Positions 27,887 through 37,286 of a stretch of 64,000 nt of DNA are shown here, piece after piece. Positions within the stretch are counted from its first letter, which is position 1. Every line of letters starts with the position of its first letter. A program made the position numbers and the translations under genes. Source of the stretch: an uncultured virus (IMG/VR IMGVR_UViG_3300020147_000003) (taxonomy: Duplodnaviria; Heunggongvirae; Uroviricota; Caudoviricetes); IMG/VR virus record IMGVR_UViG_3300020147_000003; one strand, given 5' to 3'. The notes under the pieces were generated by a model that was given only the letters and a program-made list of their open reading frames with translations, was not told the origin of the DNA and searched no databases.

Positions 27887-30601
27887 TTAAACCGTTTTCA
27901 ATTCGGTTAATTCGGATTCTACTTCCATCAAATCGAAAAGTGTAGGCACCTTTCTTTTGTATTCGACTTCCTTCAGGTAGGCAATACCGTCGTTGAAGTA
28001 GTCCGGATTCAATTCCACACCATATCCCCTCCTTCCCATTTTGACAGCGCAATATGGTACGGTCATTAGCCCTCCGAAAGGGTCAAAAACAAGCTCGCCT
28101 TCGTTTGAGTAGCGCCGGATAAGCCGCTCTACCACGTCGAACTGAAGCGGACAGATATGCATTTCCTTTTTCTTGTCCGACTGTTTGGTGTTCAGCGTGC
28201 GCATACGGGTGATATCCTCCCATATCCAATCCTGGTTCTGGCAATGCGGCTGGAGCAACATGAATCCGGAAGGAACCAAGCCTTTCTTTTCCCTTTCTTC
28301 CAAAACCGCTACATGCTCTTCGTAGGAATAGACGTTTTCACCGGCGAACTTCTTCCACAACCCTTTCAAGGCTTCGGGTTCAAGGGATTGTATTTTTTCT
28401 GGAGTTAGAAAGCGGTTGCCGTCCGAGCGCCAAATAGAGGAGGCGTCTAGTTGCCAGCGGCAGCGGGAGTAATGGAAACTTTCAGTTTCGACCGCACCAA
28501 CTTTTTTGCATTTCGTGCATTTCCAGCCGATACCTTTCACCATGACGAAATCAGTTTTTTTAGTTCTGTCCGGTAAATTGTCGGAAAAGAAGCCGCAATG
28601 CTGGCAATCGATGCGAATGCCTGTACGGCTGTGAAAAACAGGTTCGTCGGCGTAGGCGTTGCTGAGGTCGGAGGGCAGCTTCCTGAAAAGCAGAATGTAT
28701 TCAGGTGAACCTACACCCATCTTCGAGCCGTCCTTTCCGTTTTCGCTCCATCCAAGGCGGTACGTTTGCGAGTTTTCCCGAACTACGTCGGTATCGACCG
28801 TGATCCGGCCCTGATAGGTGAATCCATGCTTTACCATGTGCGCTACGCACTTATCTGAAAATGGATTTACGCTGTACATCCCAAGGCCCGTGACAGAACC
28901 ATACAACAGCCGGTCTTTGACGTGCAGGCAATACATTCGGCCGGGTTTCAAAATGCGAAGCTCCTCCGGGGTGAGGTAGTCCATCTGCTCGAAAAACCGG
29001 TCGTCGTTTTCGTTGTGTCCGAAATCGTTGTAGGAAGCGCTGTATTCGTAATGGTTCCCGAACGGCCACGACGTGACAATCAGGTCCACAGAGTTGTCGG
29101 CCATTCGATTCGTTTCAAGAACGTTGTCGTTGTTCGCAGCCGTAAACATTTCCCCTTTTACTTCCCGTCGTTCGCAGCCGATGGAGCGTGTCATTTCATT
29201 TTGAACGTCCAGGGTTAGCCCGTACTGCTTTATGATGCCGGTCATTTGCGCAACAAGGTGTTTGTGTTGCGCCCACTTCTCCATCAGCGTCTTAAAAACA
29301 TTGTCCTCGCTTTCTATATAAATCAGATGAATCTCTACCCTGTGATTTTGCAGGAAGCGGTGAATACGGTGTACGCTTTGAATAAAGTCGTTGAACTTGT
29401 ACCCAACTCCGAGGTAAATTGCCTTATGGCAGTGTCTTTGAAAGTTGCAGCCTGAGCCGCAAAGAATGGGTTTGGTAGATAGGATTTTTATCCGGCCTTC
29501 CGAAAATGCCGCTACGTTTTCTTCCCTTTCTTCCAGTTTTTGCGAGCCGTACACGCTGACCGATTCCGGTAAGGCTTCCTCTATGGCCCGGCGCTCGTCC
29601 TCCAGGTCGTGCCAAATCAGCCAGTGACCTTCCGGGTCCGTGGCGATAATTTCCAGCATGCGCTGAATACGGGCAGGCAAACTTTCCCTTTTTTCCCGGC
29701 TGGAGTCGGAAATCGAGAGCGTGGCATCCCGAAACATTTTCATATTCCCCCAGCTGTCGGCCCCGGCGCTTTGATGGTCAACTGACAGACGGTGCTCATG
29801 GATTTTCAAGGCTGGCAGGTCATATCCTTCGTCCGAATAACTCAGGTCGGAAGGCTTGGTGATGAACGTGGCCCAGGTAGATACCCAAAGCCAGAATTCC
29901 CGCTCCTTATGGGGATGGATGGTGAGCTCCCCGGCTTTTTGGCTGTTCCTTTTGAAAAAGCGGGTAAGGGCCTGCCCGCTGTCCATGATACCCAAAAAAG
30001 CGGCGTAGTGAATCAACTCCTTATATCGGTTCGGGGCAGGGGTAGCCGTGCAGACGAATCGATATTTTACGGTTTTGAAAAGCGGAAGAAACTCCTGGTA
30101 AGTTTTTGAGCCGAACGACCGCAGGATCGAGGCTTCATCGAGGGATACGGTGGTGAAAAGGTTGGGGTTCAGATTTCCATCCCGGACACGTTCGTAATTG
30201 GTGATAAAGTACCGGTGCCCAAAAGAGGATAGTTCGGCGAGTTCTGCATCGGTTCTGACATAGTGGAAGTCTAGGCCGAAAAACCGTTTAGCGTCCCGGA
30301 CAAATTCTGCTTTAACGCCAAGGGGGCATATAATTAAGCCAAATCCTTCACCGGCTTTTTCCAAAATGGTTTGCAGGATTTGAATCTGCATTACCGTTTT
30401 CCCCAATCCGAAGGCAGCAAAGACAGCGCGGCAACCTCCACGGATAGCCCAGGCGCAAATGTCTTTTTGATGAGGAAAAAGGGCGGGGTTAAGTTCGTCG
30501 GGTGCGACCTCAAAGCCGAACAGTTCGGCCTTTACTACCTTGCTTTCAAGGAATTGTTGATAGGAATCCCCATGCCGGAGGCGTTCATTTTCCTTTCCCA
30601 T
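27887..30601 (-). CDS. SNF2-like helicase fused to an N4C/N6A DNA methyltransferase
   Basis: FGLGKT, LDEAS, TATP, Q...RIHR; then DL..TSWPF, HICPLQ, DPFGG..T. Start at MGKEN. Confidence 0.9.
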   Translation of the reverse strand: MGKENERLRHGDSYQQFLESKVVKAELFGFEVAPDELNPALFPHQKDICAWAIRGGCRAVFAAFGLGKTVMQIQILQTILEKAGEGFGLIICPLGVKAEFVRDAKRFFGLDFHYVRTDAELAELSSFGHRYFITNYERVRDGNLNPNLFTTVSLDEASILRSFGSKTYQEFLPLFKTVKYRFVCTATPAPNRYKELIHYAAFLGIMDSGQALTRFFKRNSQKAGELTIHPHKEREFWLWVSTWATFITKPSDLSYSDEGYDLPALKIHEHRLSVDHQSAGADSWGNMKMFRDATLSISDSSREKRESLPARIQRMLEIIATDPEGHWLIWHDLEDERRAIEEALPESVSVYGSQKLEEREENVAAFSEGRIKILSTKPILCGSGCNFQRHCHKAIYLGVGYKFNDFIQSVHRIHRFLQNHRVEIHLIYIESEDNVFKTLMEKWAQHKHLVAQMTGIIKQYGLTLDVQNEMTRSIGCERREVKGEMFTAANNDNVLETNRMADNSVDLIVTSWPFGNHYEYSASYNDFGHNENDDRFFEQMDYLTPEELRILKPGRMYCLHVKDRLLYGSVTGLGMYSVNPFSDKCVAHMVKHGFTYQGRITVDTDVVRENSQTYRLGWSENGKDGSKMGVGSPEYILLFRKLPSDLSNAYADEPVFHSRTGIRIDCQHCGFFSDNLPDRTKKTDFVMVKGIGWKCTKCKKVGAVETESFHYSRCRWQLDASSIWRSDGNRFLTPEKIQSLEPEALKGLWKKFAGENVYSYEEHVAVLEEREKKGLVPSGFMLLQPHCQNQDWIWEDITRMRTLNTKQSDKKKEMHICPLQFDVVERLIRRYSNEGELVFDPFGGLMTVPYCAVKMGRRGYGVELNPDYFNDGIAYLKEVEYKRKVPTLFDLMEVESELTELKTV

Positions 30602-30620
30602 TTGTACCGTGTTTTTTAGA

Positions 30621-30790
30621 AAAAAAAAGCCCCGCATTGAAATTAAGGCGTCTGGGCGTCCCGGGTGTCAGCCGAGAAAGGGCGGAACAGGGAAGAATGC
30701 CCGTTTGCGCCCAGACGCTATAATTCCTGCGAGGCTTTTATTGCCTGTTGAGGTATCCCTGTTCCTCCTGTTAGCCGGTTGACGGGCGGC
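30621..30790 (-). ncRNA. c4/CI-like antisense or attenuator RNA in the leader of the early operon
   Basis: Long closing stem with two internal hairpins whose loops are complementary to upstream leader segments; ends in a U run. Confidence 0.65.
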
Positions 30791-30809
30791 TTGCTTCTTT
30801 TAGCGAGAG

Positions 30810-30870
30810 CAAAATTAAAAGGGTTTTATTGAAAAGCAATACCTTTTTCAATATTTTTTAAACTTTTTGA
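30810..30870 (-). promoter_or_regulatory. Leftward early promoter
   Basis: TAATTTTG at 30810-30817 with TTG about 20 nt upstream and an A-rich element. Confidence 0.65.
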
Positions 30871-31036
30871 AAAATAAAAAAGCCGGAGCGGTATAAACCG
30901 ACCGGCCATTTCTTAATTCCCTAAAACAACATTGTTAAAAAATACGGATAAAAATAAGGCTTCGCCATCTAACAAAAAACAGGGTTGCCCGGAAACCGAA
31001 CAACCCCTTTTTGAATAAACACCTAAAACCCTATTG

Positions 31037-31109
31037 AAGCGCCGGCGGGACTTGAACCCGCAGCCTCCGGCTTATGAGGCCAGCAAGCAACCATTCGCTC
31101 CCCGGCGCT
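31037..31109 (-). tRNA. tRNA with CAT anticodon (Met or Ile2)
   Basis: Acceptor AGCGCCG/CGGCGCT, anticodon arm CTGGC-CTCATAA-GCCGG, T arm GCGGG-TTCAAGT-CCCGC. Confidence 0.85.
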
Positions 31110-31264
31110 AGGAAAGGCAAGCCCCCTTGGGCTGCCTTCTCTGATGAAACATTGGACCGCCAAAATGCGGTAACGGAAGCAAAGCTAAATAAAAAGACAA
31201 AATCTTTTGCAATATTTTTTAAACTTTTTTTTAAACCATTTAATAAAAGTATAAATTTGCCTCC

Positions 31265-31684
31265 ATGAAAAATAAAAAACAGGAAATGATTGGAATAGCT
31301 GTAGGCCCAAAAACGCTGGCCACCTTAGCAAACGAATGTAGAAAACAGAATTATTTCTTCTCCGGACTGTTCAGGGTTTTTGTAAAAGACCTGGCAGAGA
31401 AGTACAACAAACCCACGGAGGGTTTTGACCCGCCAATAACCCACCTTGCACAAGAGAGAAAGGGAAGGGGTGGAAATGTTTTTGCCTCCAAGTTCTCCAC
31501 CGAAATTCCACGGGAAATCCTTCAGGAAATTTGGCAGGAAAGGGCCAAGGAAAAGACCTATTTCTATGGCTTTTCCCGGTTTTTAAGGGAGGAGTTGTTG
31601 GAGTGGCTTAATGGAAAGGGGTACAATTTAGAATTCCCGGATATGCTTCCGGTGGAAAGAAAACTTGAAGAGGAAGCAGCATGA
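31265..31684 (+). CDS. Putative transcription regulator (two RHH-like repeats)
   Basis: First gene of the divergent unit; two beta-alpha-alpha-like segments; TAAATTTG ends 5 nt before the ATG. Confidence 0.55.
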   Translation: MKNKKQEMIGIAVGPKTLATLANECRKQNYFFSGLFRVFVKDLAEKYNKPTEGFDPPITHLAQERKGRGGNVFASKFSTEIPREILQEIWQERAKEKTYFYGFSRFLREELLEWLNGKGYNLEFPDMLPVERKLEEEAA

Positions 31685-32433
31685 ACAAAGAAAAAGAAGC
31701 CGGAATAAACCACATTTCGGAAATCATCGATGTGGCGTTAAATAGGATGACAAAACAAGCCTACGCCAATCTGCTGAAGGTGAACCCATCCACCGTAAGC
31801 CGGAACATTGCAGGGGATTATGAAAGGGCTATCATACACCTGAAAGGGAAATTGGAGGAAGCGGAAGGCATCGCAAAAGAATTGCAAGAAAAAGCAAACA
31901 ACCTGCAAGAGAGCGTAAAACTATCGCAATCGGAAGCAAAACAGGTGCAAGTCCAAAACAAGGAATTGCAAGAGACAACCCAACTGTTGCAAGCCGAAGC
32001 GACCCGGTTGCAAGGTGAAAACCTGAAACTGAAAGAGAATTTAGAGGCATTGCAAGGCCTTCACGAGCGAGCACAATCTGAACTTGCTCGCTGGAACGGG
32101 CAACCGGCCGTCATCCGCCGCCTTGCAAGCACAGACGCCAAAACTGCTATGCTGTTCCTTCTCGCCGCTTTCGAGGGCGTCGGCTCTTACTATCTTCTGG
32201 AACCGAAAGGGGTGGCCCTGGCTATACCTGTCTCCATCGCCCTGGGTTTCGCCCTGCTGATTTTCACCGCAAGCGAGAACCGAGCTGGAAAGATTTTTTG
32301 CATCTCCTTCGCTGTGGCTGTCGGGGCAATCTACTTTCAGGTAGTACCGGATTGGTCAAACTACTTGTTTGCTTTTGTTCCCCCAGCAGTTGCAGCGCTC
32401 CTGGCCTTCTCTTTTAAAAGAAAAAATCCATGA
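31681..32433 (+). CDS. HTH + coiled-coil + multi-TM membrane protein
   Basis: YANLLKVNPSTVSR HTH, LQE heptads, about four TM helices. Confidence 0.75.
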   Translation: MNKEKEAGINHISEIIDVALNRMTKQAYANLLKVNPSTVSRNIAGDYERAIIHLKGKLEEAEGIAKELQEKANNLQESVKLSQSEAKQVQVQNKELQETTQLLQAEATRLQGENLKLKENLEALQGLHERAQSELARWNGQPAVIRRLASTDAKTAMLFLLAAFEGVGSYYLLEPKGVALAIPVSIALGFALLIFTASENRAGKIFCISFAVAVGAIYFQVVPDWSNYLFAFVPPAVAALLAFSFKRKNP

Positions 32434-32807
32434 AAAAAACCTCGACATTTTTCCTTTTTGTCTTGTTGGCAATTGTTGTAAAGCCCCAAATAAGGTTTTT
32501 GGAAGAAAAAACAGAGCCTGAGTTTTTTATTTCCATGTCCCAGTATTTCCCCCTAATCATTCATTACGCGGACCAATCAGAAAACTTAGTTGCAAAATTT
32601 GACGACTACGGAAATGTGGAATTGAACGGTGACACATTAGTAAAGGGAAACTGTGATTTTTTACGGCTGATGGAACTCCATCGAAATTCCTTTGCTGAAT
32701 TATACGACCGTGCTTCCAAGGGTGAACGATATGAAGAAATATTAAGAAAGCAAGGCATTTTCGATTATCCAGAACCTACGCCAATACCCCGTTCAAAAAG
32801 CCTTTAG
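32430..32807 (+). CDS. Exported hypothetical protein
   Basis: Signal-peptide-like N-terminus; coupled overlap. Confidence 0.6.
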   Translation: MKKTSTFFLFVLLAIVVKPQIRFLEEKTEPEFFISMSQYFPLIIHYADQSENLVAKFDDYGNVELNGDTLVKGNCDFLRLMELHRNSFAELYDRASKGERYEEILRKQGIFDYPEPTPIPRSKSL

Positions 32808-32816
32808 GAAAAACAT

Positions 32817-33260
32817 ATGGGATTGACACACTTAAAAAAACTTCTGGGTATCTATTTCGATCCATCGGTTGCGCCTCCGGCATGGGATAAGCCAATCCCC
32901 AAACCTGCCAGGGAAAAACCTACCAAGCCCGACAACCTTCACCATGTGGCCGGCAGGACATTTAAAGTCGAAGGCCTTGAGTGGACCTTGGCAGATACAG
33001 GTGCAATTGAAAACAGAAGCCCGGAACTCACCGAGCAGGACCTTTATCAAATCAATCTATCACAGGACAGCGCCAACCCACTAAACGAAAAAAAGGCTAG
33101 GGTAATAAAACCACTATGGGCCAAGGGTATGGCCAATTCAGAAATCGAAAAAACCCTTTCGGAGCAGTTCAGCCGGGGGTATTCCCTTTCAACCGTGGAA
33201 CGATATTCCGCTGCTTTTGGGAAAGCTATGCAGCTTGTGCCTGCGGAAATCTGCGGCTGA
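32817..33260 (+). CDS. Hypothetical protein with a C-terminal HTH-like region
   Basis: G.ANSEI...GYSLSTVERY. Confidence 0.65.
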   Translation: MGLTHLKKLLGIYFDPSVAPPAWDKPIPKPAREKPTKPDNLHHVAGRTFKVEGLEWTLADTGAIENRSPELTEQDLYQINLSQDSANPLNEKKARVIKPLWAKGMANSEIEKTLSEQFSRGYSLSTVERYSAAFGKAMQLVPAEICG

Positions 33261-33359
33261 ACTGCGGGATCGGAACCGCAAAGGTGAATACCATAAAGCC
33301 CTGAAAATCAAACCGCAACTCCACATTTGCGGATAGTTGCGGTGCTAAAATGAGAAACG

Positions 33360-33794
33360 ATGGAATGGACGCACAAACAGAAGGCTGAAAAGGCCTTTAA
33401 AATAATCCCCCTCGAAGTCAGCAACCCCCCGGATGGATGGGGTAAAATCGTGAAAGCTGAAGAAGAACAGGAAGAAGAGTATATCAACTTCGAAGTAATT
33501 AACCAGCCGGCTTCTTATCCTCAATCGACCGGGGTTGAAGAATGGTTTTGTTGTGTCCTTGCTCCCCGTGTTTTTTTGGCCGGTGCCGTTGGTGTCGCAG
33601 TGTACTACCTGGGTGTTTTGGTTCTTTCAATTTGGCCCTTCCTTTTAGCCGGAACCGGGGTATTGGCTACCGGCTGGTTGGTTTGCAAGGCGATGTCAGG
33701 CAAAGGCCGGAACAGGAAAACCGGGGGGAACTACACCCTGCCTTCCACGGGCGGAAACACCTACATTATTAATCATAACCATCACTACTATTAA
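33360..33794 (+). CDS. Membrane hypothetical protein
   Basis: Two TM helices; NHNHHYY tail. Confidence 0.65.
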   Translation: MEWTHKQKAEKAFKIIPLEVSNPPDGWGKIVKAEEEQEEEYINFEVINQPASYPQSTGVEEWFCCVLAPRVFLAGAVGVAVYYLGVLVLSIWPFLLAGTGVLATGWLVCKAMSGKGRNRKTGGNYTLPSTGGNTYIINHNHHYY

Positions 33795-34232
33795 ATGACT
33801 ATTAACAACTTTATCTTTTTCATCCTTTTGGCTTTTGGAGTTTGGCTGGCAATCTTCATTATTCGAAGTTTAAACCGAAAGCGTACAGAAGTTCAAACCC
33901 TTCAGAGCTACGCCATGCGCACAGAGCCTATCATCGAATTTAGCCGGTTTCCAGGCGACAATGAGGTTTTGTCAAGGGTGGCCATGCATGAAGAAATGCT
34001 CCTACAGAGCGGAAATCGATTTGGAAGAAACGGCAAACCGGTACCGGTTTTTTACTACCTCTACTGTTCGACAGATGGAAAAGGTGGCGGTCTGCATACC
34101 TCTTTCAATCAATACATCATGGACCTGGGCCAATTTTCCAGGAAAGTCTCTCAGGATTGGCAGGACATGATATCGCAATCGAACCATAGCGCATACCTCC
34201 ATGGGGTTATGCACCAAAACGAAATAAAATGA
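33795..34232 (+). CDS. Membrane-anchored hypothetical protein
   Basis: N-terminal TM; abuts the previous stop codon. Confidence 0.65.
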   Translation: MTINNFIFFILLAFGVWLAIFIIRSLNRKRTEVQTLQSYAMRTEPIIEFSRFPGDNEVLSRVAMHEEMLLQSGNRFGRNGKPVPVFYYLYCSTDGKGGGLHTSFNQYIMDLGQFSRKVSQDWQDMISQSNHSAYLHGVMHQNEIK

Positions 34233-34504
34233 GAATTAAACCTTGGGTTGCCATTTTGTTGACTGTAATCCCCCTAACCTATTTTACAATCGAGGAAGAA
34301 AGGAAAAGCCAAAGGAAAAGAGAGGCTTTCGAGCGTTGGACAGATAGCGTACATCAGGAAAACCTCAAATGGTTTGAAAAAACAAATGCAGAATTGGATA
34401 GCCTTAATAAAAGGCTAAAAGAAGATCTGAAAAGTATTTCGGAGAGAAATCAGCAGCTTCGGGACCTAAATAGAGAACTTGACAAATTCTTAAAAGACCA
34501 ATGA
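34229..34504 (+). CDS. Membrane-anchored coiled-coil protein
   Basis: N-terminal TM plus heptads; ATGA overlap. Confidence 0.6.
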   Translation: MRIKPWVAILLTVIPLTYFTIEEERKSQRKREAFERWTDSVHQENLKWFEKTNAELDSLNKRLKEDLKSISERNQQLRDLNRELDKFLKDQ

Positions 34505-34690
34505 GCTATTTTATCGGATACTGTGTAGGGCTTTTTGTCTACATAAAAAACATGATTATCCATGTCCCAACCTATCGGCAAGGATTTTCGGATGGTGCAA
34601 GCATGAAGGTTTTAAAAGTTTTGAAAAAAAAGTACCAAAAACATTTGGCAAAATTGCTATTCCCGTTACGCCTGTCTATTTTTGCCGCCG

Positions 34691-35047
34691 ATGAAACAAG
34701 ACCGGCACAGCGGGAACCGACTGAAAAAAGTCCTGCTGCATCTTAGGAAACAAAAGGTTACGCGCATACGTTTCGCGGAGGAATGCGGCATAAAAACCGT
34801 AACCATGTCATTCTGGTTTGACATGGAAAAATTCGGTGCGGTTGTGTGGAATAAGCTGGAACCTGCTCTTAGGAAGTACAACATTAATCCAGCTTACGTC
34901 CAGGGGACAAGCGATAAAATGGTATTAAGCGAGGAACCAATTTTGACCGAAAGAGAGTGGCAGCAAGACTTGATGAGTCTTTTAAAAGAGATGAACGGCC
35001 TGCTTCGTGAAATCCTCCAAGAAGTTAAAAAGCCTGACGCCCAATAA
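34691..35047 (+). CDS. XRE-like HTH regulator (repressor candidate)
   Basis: NRLK..L.......FAE.CGI...T.S.W and INP.Y..G..D.M; TATTTTTG box 6 nt before the ATG. Confidence 0.7.
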   Translation: MKQDRHSGNRLKKVLLHLRKQKVTRIRFAEECGIKTVTMSFWFDMEKFGAVVWNKLEPALRKYNINPAYVQGTSDKMVLSEEPILTEREWQQDLMSLLKEMNGLLREILQEVKKPDAQ

Positions 35048-35100
35048 AGATGTACCGTGTTTTTTAGTTCAATAGTGTTACTATTCTAAGAAACACATTC

Positions 35101-35127
35101 GGCGGCCTCCAAGCCGCCTTTTTTATT
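35101..35127 (+). terminator. Terminator between convergent units
   Basis: GGCGGC-ctccaa-GCCGCC plus T run. Confidence 0.7.
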
Positions 35128-36654
35128 TTACTCATCTTCAGCTGGATCCGGTACTCCCTCCACCCCTTCAGGGTACACCACTAAAGTGTCCTCTACTAAG
35201 TCGAAATCAACCCCCTCGTTTACAATCCAATCCGTTTCCGTCAGAGCCGGGCAAGCCGGTGTTGCCGTCCTTACCTTAAAAGCCGTAGCCGAACCGATGG
35301 TGAATTGAACTCCCGCGCCGTTGAAGTTCGCCGCTGTATCGGTTACTGCAATCCATTCGTTTCCATTTTCATCCTTCAGCACTATTTGAATAAGCGTGTT
35401 TTCGAAGGTATTACCGGCAACAGTGTAAGGCGTGCCAGGTGTCGAGGTGGTTACCTGGGGCGTATCGTACAGAATATTCGAATAAGCGAAAAAATAGAAA
35501 TCGCCCCTGGCAAGTTGACCTGTTTGACTGTCGTGGACGGTTCGCCATGACGAATAGTTTGCCGGGCCTGGGGAAATGTAAGTAGAGCCGTTCCATTGCC
35601 TCAACACCAAAAGACCAGAAATTTCAACAATGACATAATCGCCATTATTGAAACTATGGTTTGCGCCAAATTCGTCCGTCCAGTATCCGCCGGTGTACTC
35701 CGCCGACCCGTTGGTAATAATTGCGGCACATTCGGTTGCGGAAGGAAGGCAAGCCCCTTCAGCCGGTGTGTAGGCGCTGGATAAATATCCTGTACCGTGC
35801 TGGGTATTTGTGGTTTGGTTCAGGTGGAACAGAATTTCAACTGCGTAGAGGTTGCCAGCACCCACGGCTTTGGCATCGGGCAAGAGCCGCCAAATCTTCT
35901 CGTAAGTAATCCCGTTGTAGGTAACTGTTTTTTTGTCGTGGAGAGGAATTAAGGTAAGGGAATCAACCAGGTATTCCGGGCAAATAAATCGGAAGGAGAA
36001 TTCTTTAAACCGGGTAATTGTCCGAATCGATTCTACCCCGTCCCGAACTTCGCTTTGTTGTTCGAATTTCCAGCCGTGGATGGCCAGATCCGACTTCAGG
36101 TAAACCCACCACTTAAAAGGCGCTACGTACCGAATATGGGAAGCCGTTTTTTTAACCCCGCCAATTTCTTCAAAATCCAGGTGCAAATCCTTCAGATTCC
36201 ACCATTCCAATTTGACATAATCCCGCCTGTCTTCAAGCCCATCCATAAAAGTAAAAAGGCCAATAAACACCCAATTCCCATCTTGGTCCTGAAGCCGAAG
36301 GTAATGCACACCTTCATTTATTCCGGAAACCGGCAACTGCACCGAGCCGGGGTAAACCCAGACATCATAATCACCATAGGCACCCGTCCCATCGTATTCC
36401 ACAATTTCCAGCCCCGTCAATTCCATTGCCGTTTTCACATTCGTAACGGCTCCGGTTTCGAAATTAACAAGCTCTATTTTCGTCCATGTCCAGCCGTTCA
36501 ACTTAATCAACTGAAAGGGGGGGATAACTCCAAGGGGGGTATTTAATATGCTTGTTCCCTGAGCGTGATTATAAGGCAATCGGTGGTCGAATTGCTTAAC
36601 GTCTTCTACGATTTGCAGAAGATTAAACCTGGGTTCAAGCCTTAGAATTGACAT
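35128..36654 (-). CDS. Virion structural protein (tail/baseplate region)
   Basis: Long beta-rich acidic ORF, co-oriented with the virion module and preceded by the putative late motif. Start placed at MSILRL. Confidence 0.6.
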   Translation of the reverse strand: MSILRLEPRFNLLQIVEDVKQFDHRLPYNHAQGTSILNTPLGVIPPFQLIKLNGWTWTKIELVNFETGAVTNVKTAMELTGLEIVEYDGTGAYGDYDVWVYPGSVQLPVSGINEGVHYLRLQDQDGNWVFIGLFTFMDGLEDRRDYVKLEWWNLKDLHLDFEEIGGVKKTASHIRYVAPFKWWVYLKSDLAIHGWKFEQQSEVRDGVESIRTITRFKEFSFRFICPEYLVDSLTLIPLHDKKTVTYNGITYEKIWRLLPDAKAVGAGNLYAVEILFHLNQTTNTQHGTGYLSSAYTPAEGACLPSATECAAIITNGSAEYTGGYWTDEFGANHSFNNGDYVIVEISGLLVLRQWNGSTYISPGPANYSSWRTVHDSQTGQLARGDFYFFAYSNILYDTPQVTTSTPGTPYTVAGNTFENTLIQIVLKDENGNEWIAVTDTAANFNGAGVQFTIGSATAFKVRTATPACPALTETDWIVNEGVDFDLVEDTLVVYPEGVEGVPDPAEDE

Positions 36655-36848
36655 TGTGCAGGCGGATTGAGAAGCGCCGTTCACCTGCTCCTAAGTGTAA
36701 GGCGGGAAATATCTACAAAAGTAACCTATAAAAACGACCTTTCAAATAGGCTTTCTGGGCGTTTTCCCCTTTGAAATAGGACAATTTCATTCATGATATT
36801 ATTATTGGAAAAAAAATGTAAAAAAAAGAGGGGTTTTTTCTTGTCCAG

Positions 36849-36881
36849 TGTTGCAATTATGCAACATGCGACTTATCTTTG
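36849..36881 (+). promoter_or_regulatory. Island promoter with overlapping operator-like palindrome
   Basis: TATCTTTG at 36874-36881; TGTTGCA-atta-TGCAACA at 36849-36866. Confidence 0.6.
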
Positions 36882-36942
36882 TTTCATCAATCACAGAGAT
36901 TGAAGCCGGCGACAGGGGAACTGAAGAAAAAAACTTCCTAAA

Positions 36943-37230
36943 ATGAGAACTTCAACAATCCAAATCGCAATCGAAAATAACACGACCGACACACTGATAC
37001 AGGATTGGGCAGAAACAGAATACAGAATGTCGAATGGTCAAAACGTGTTCAAGGGTAGTTGGACTTTAGAACAACACATAGAATTTTGCACCAAGGAAGT
37101 GGAAAAAGTAAGGAAGGAAATGCAGGCATCTAAGTCGCAAAATGCGGAGCCAAGATTTCAAAAAACAAATAGGTATAAGTCAATTTTTGGCGTTTCTGCG
37201 GACGGAGACGAGGATATGCTTCGGCGCTAA
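36943..37230 (+). CDS. Hypothetical protein
   Basis: First ORF of the rightward island. Confidence 0.65.
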   Translation: MRTSTIQIAIENNTTDTLIQDWAETEYRMSNGQNVFKGSWTLEQHIEFCTKEVEKVRKEMQASKSQNAEPRFQKTNRYKSIFGVSADGDEDMLRR

Positions 37231-37286
37231 AACTACATTAACTTAACCGCACCGGCTGGAATTGTTAATCTGTAAATCTTGCTACG

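Noticed and set aside
35791..35800. Extra TGTACCGTG copy
   Set aside because: It is inside a CDS, lacks the T/A run and is not near a start; treated as chance.
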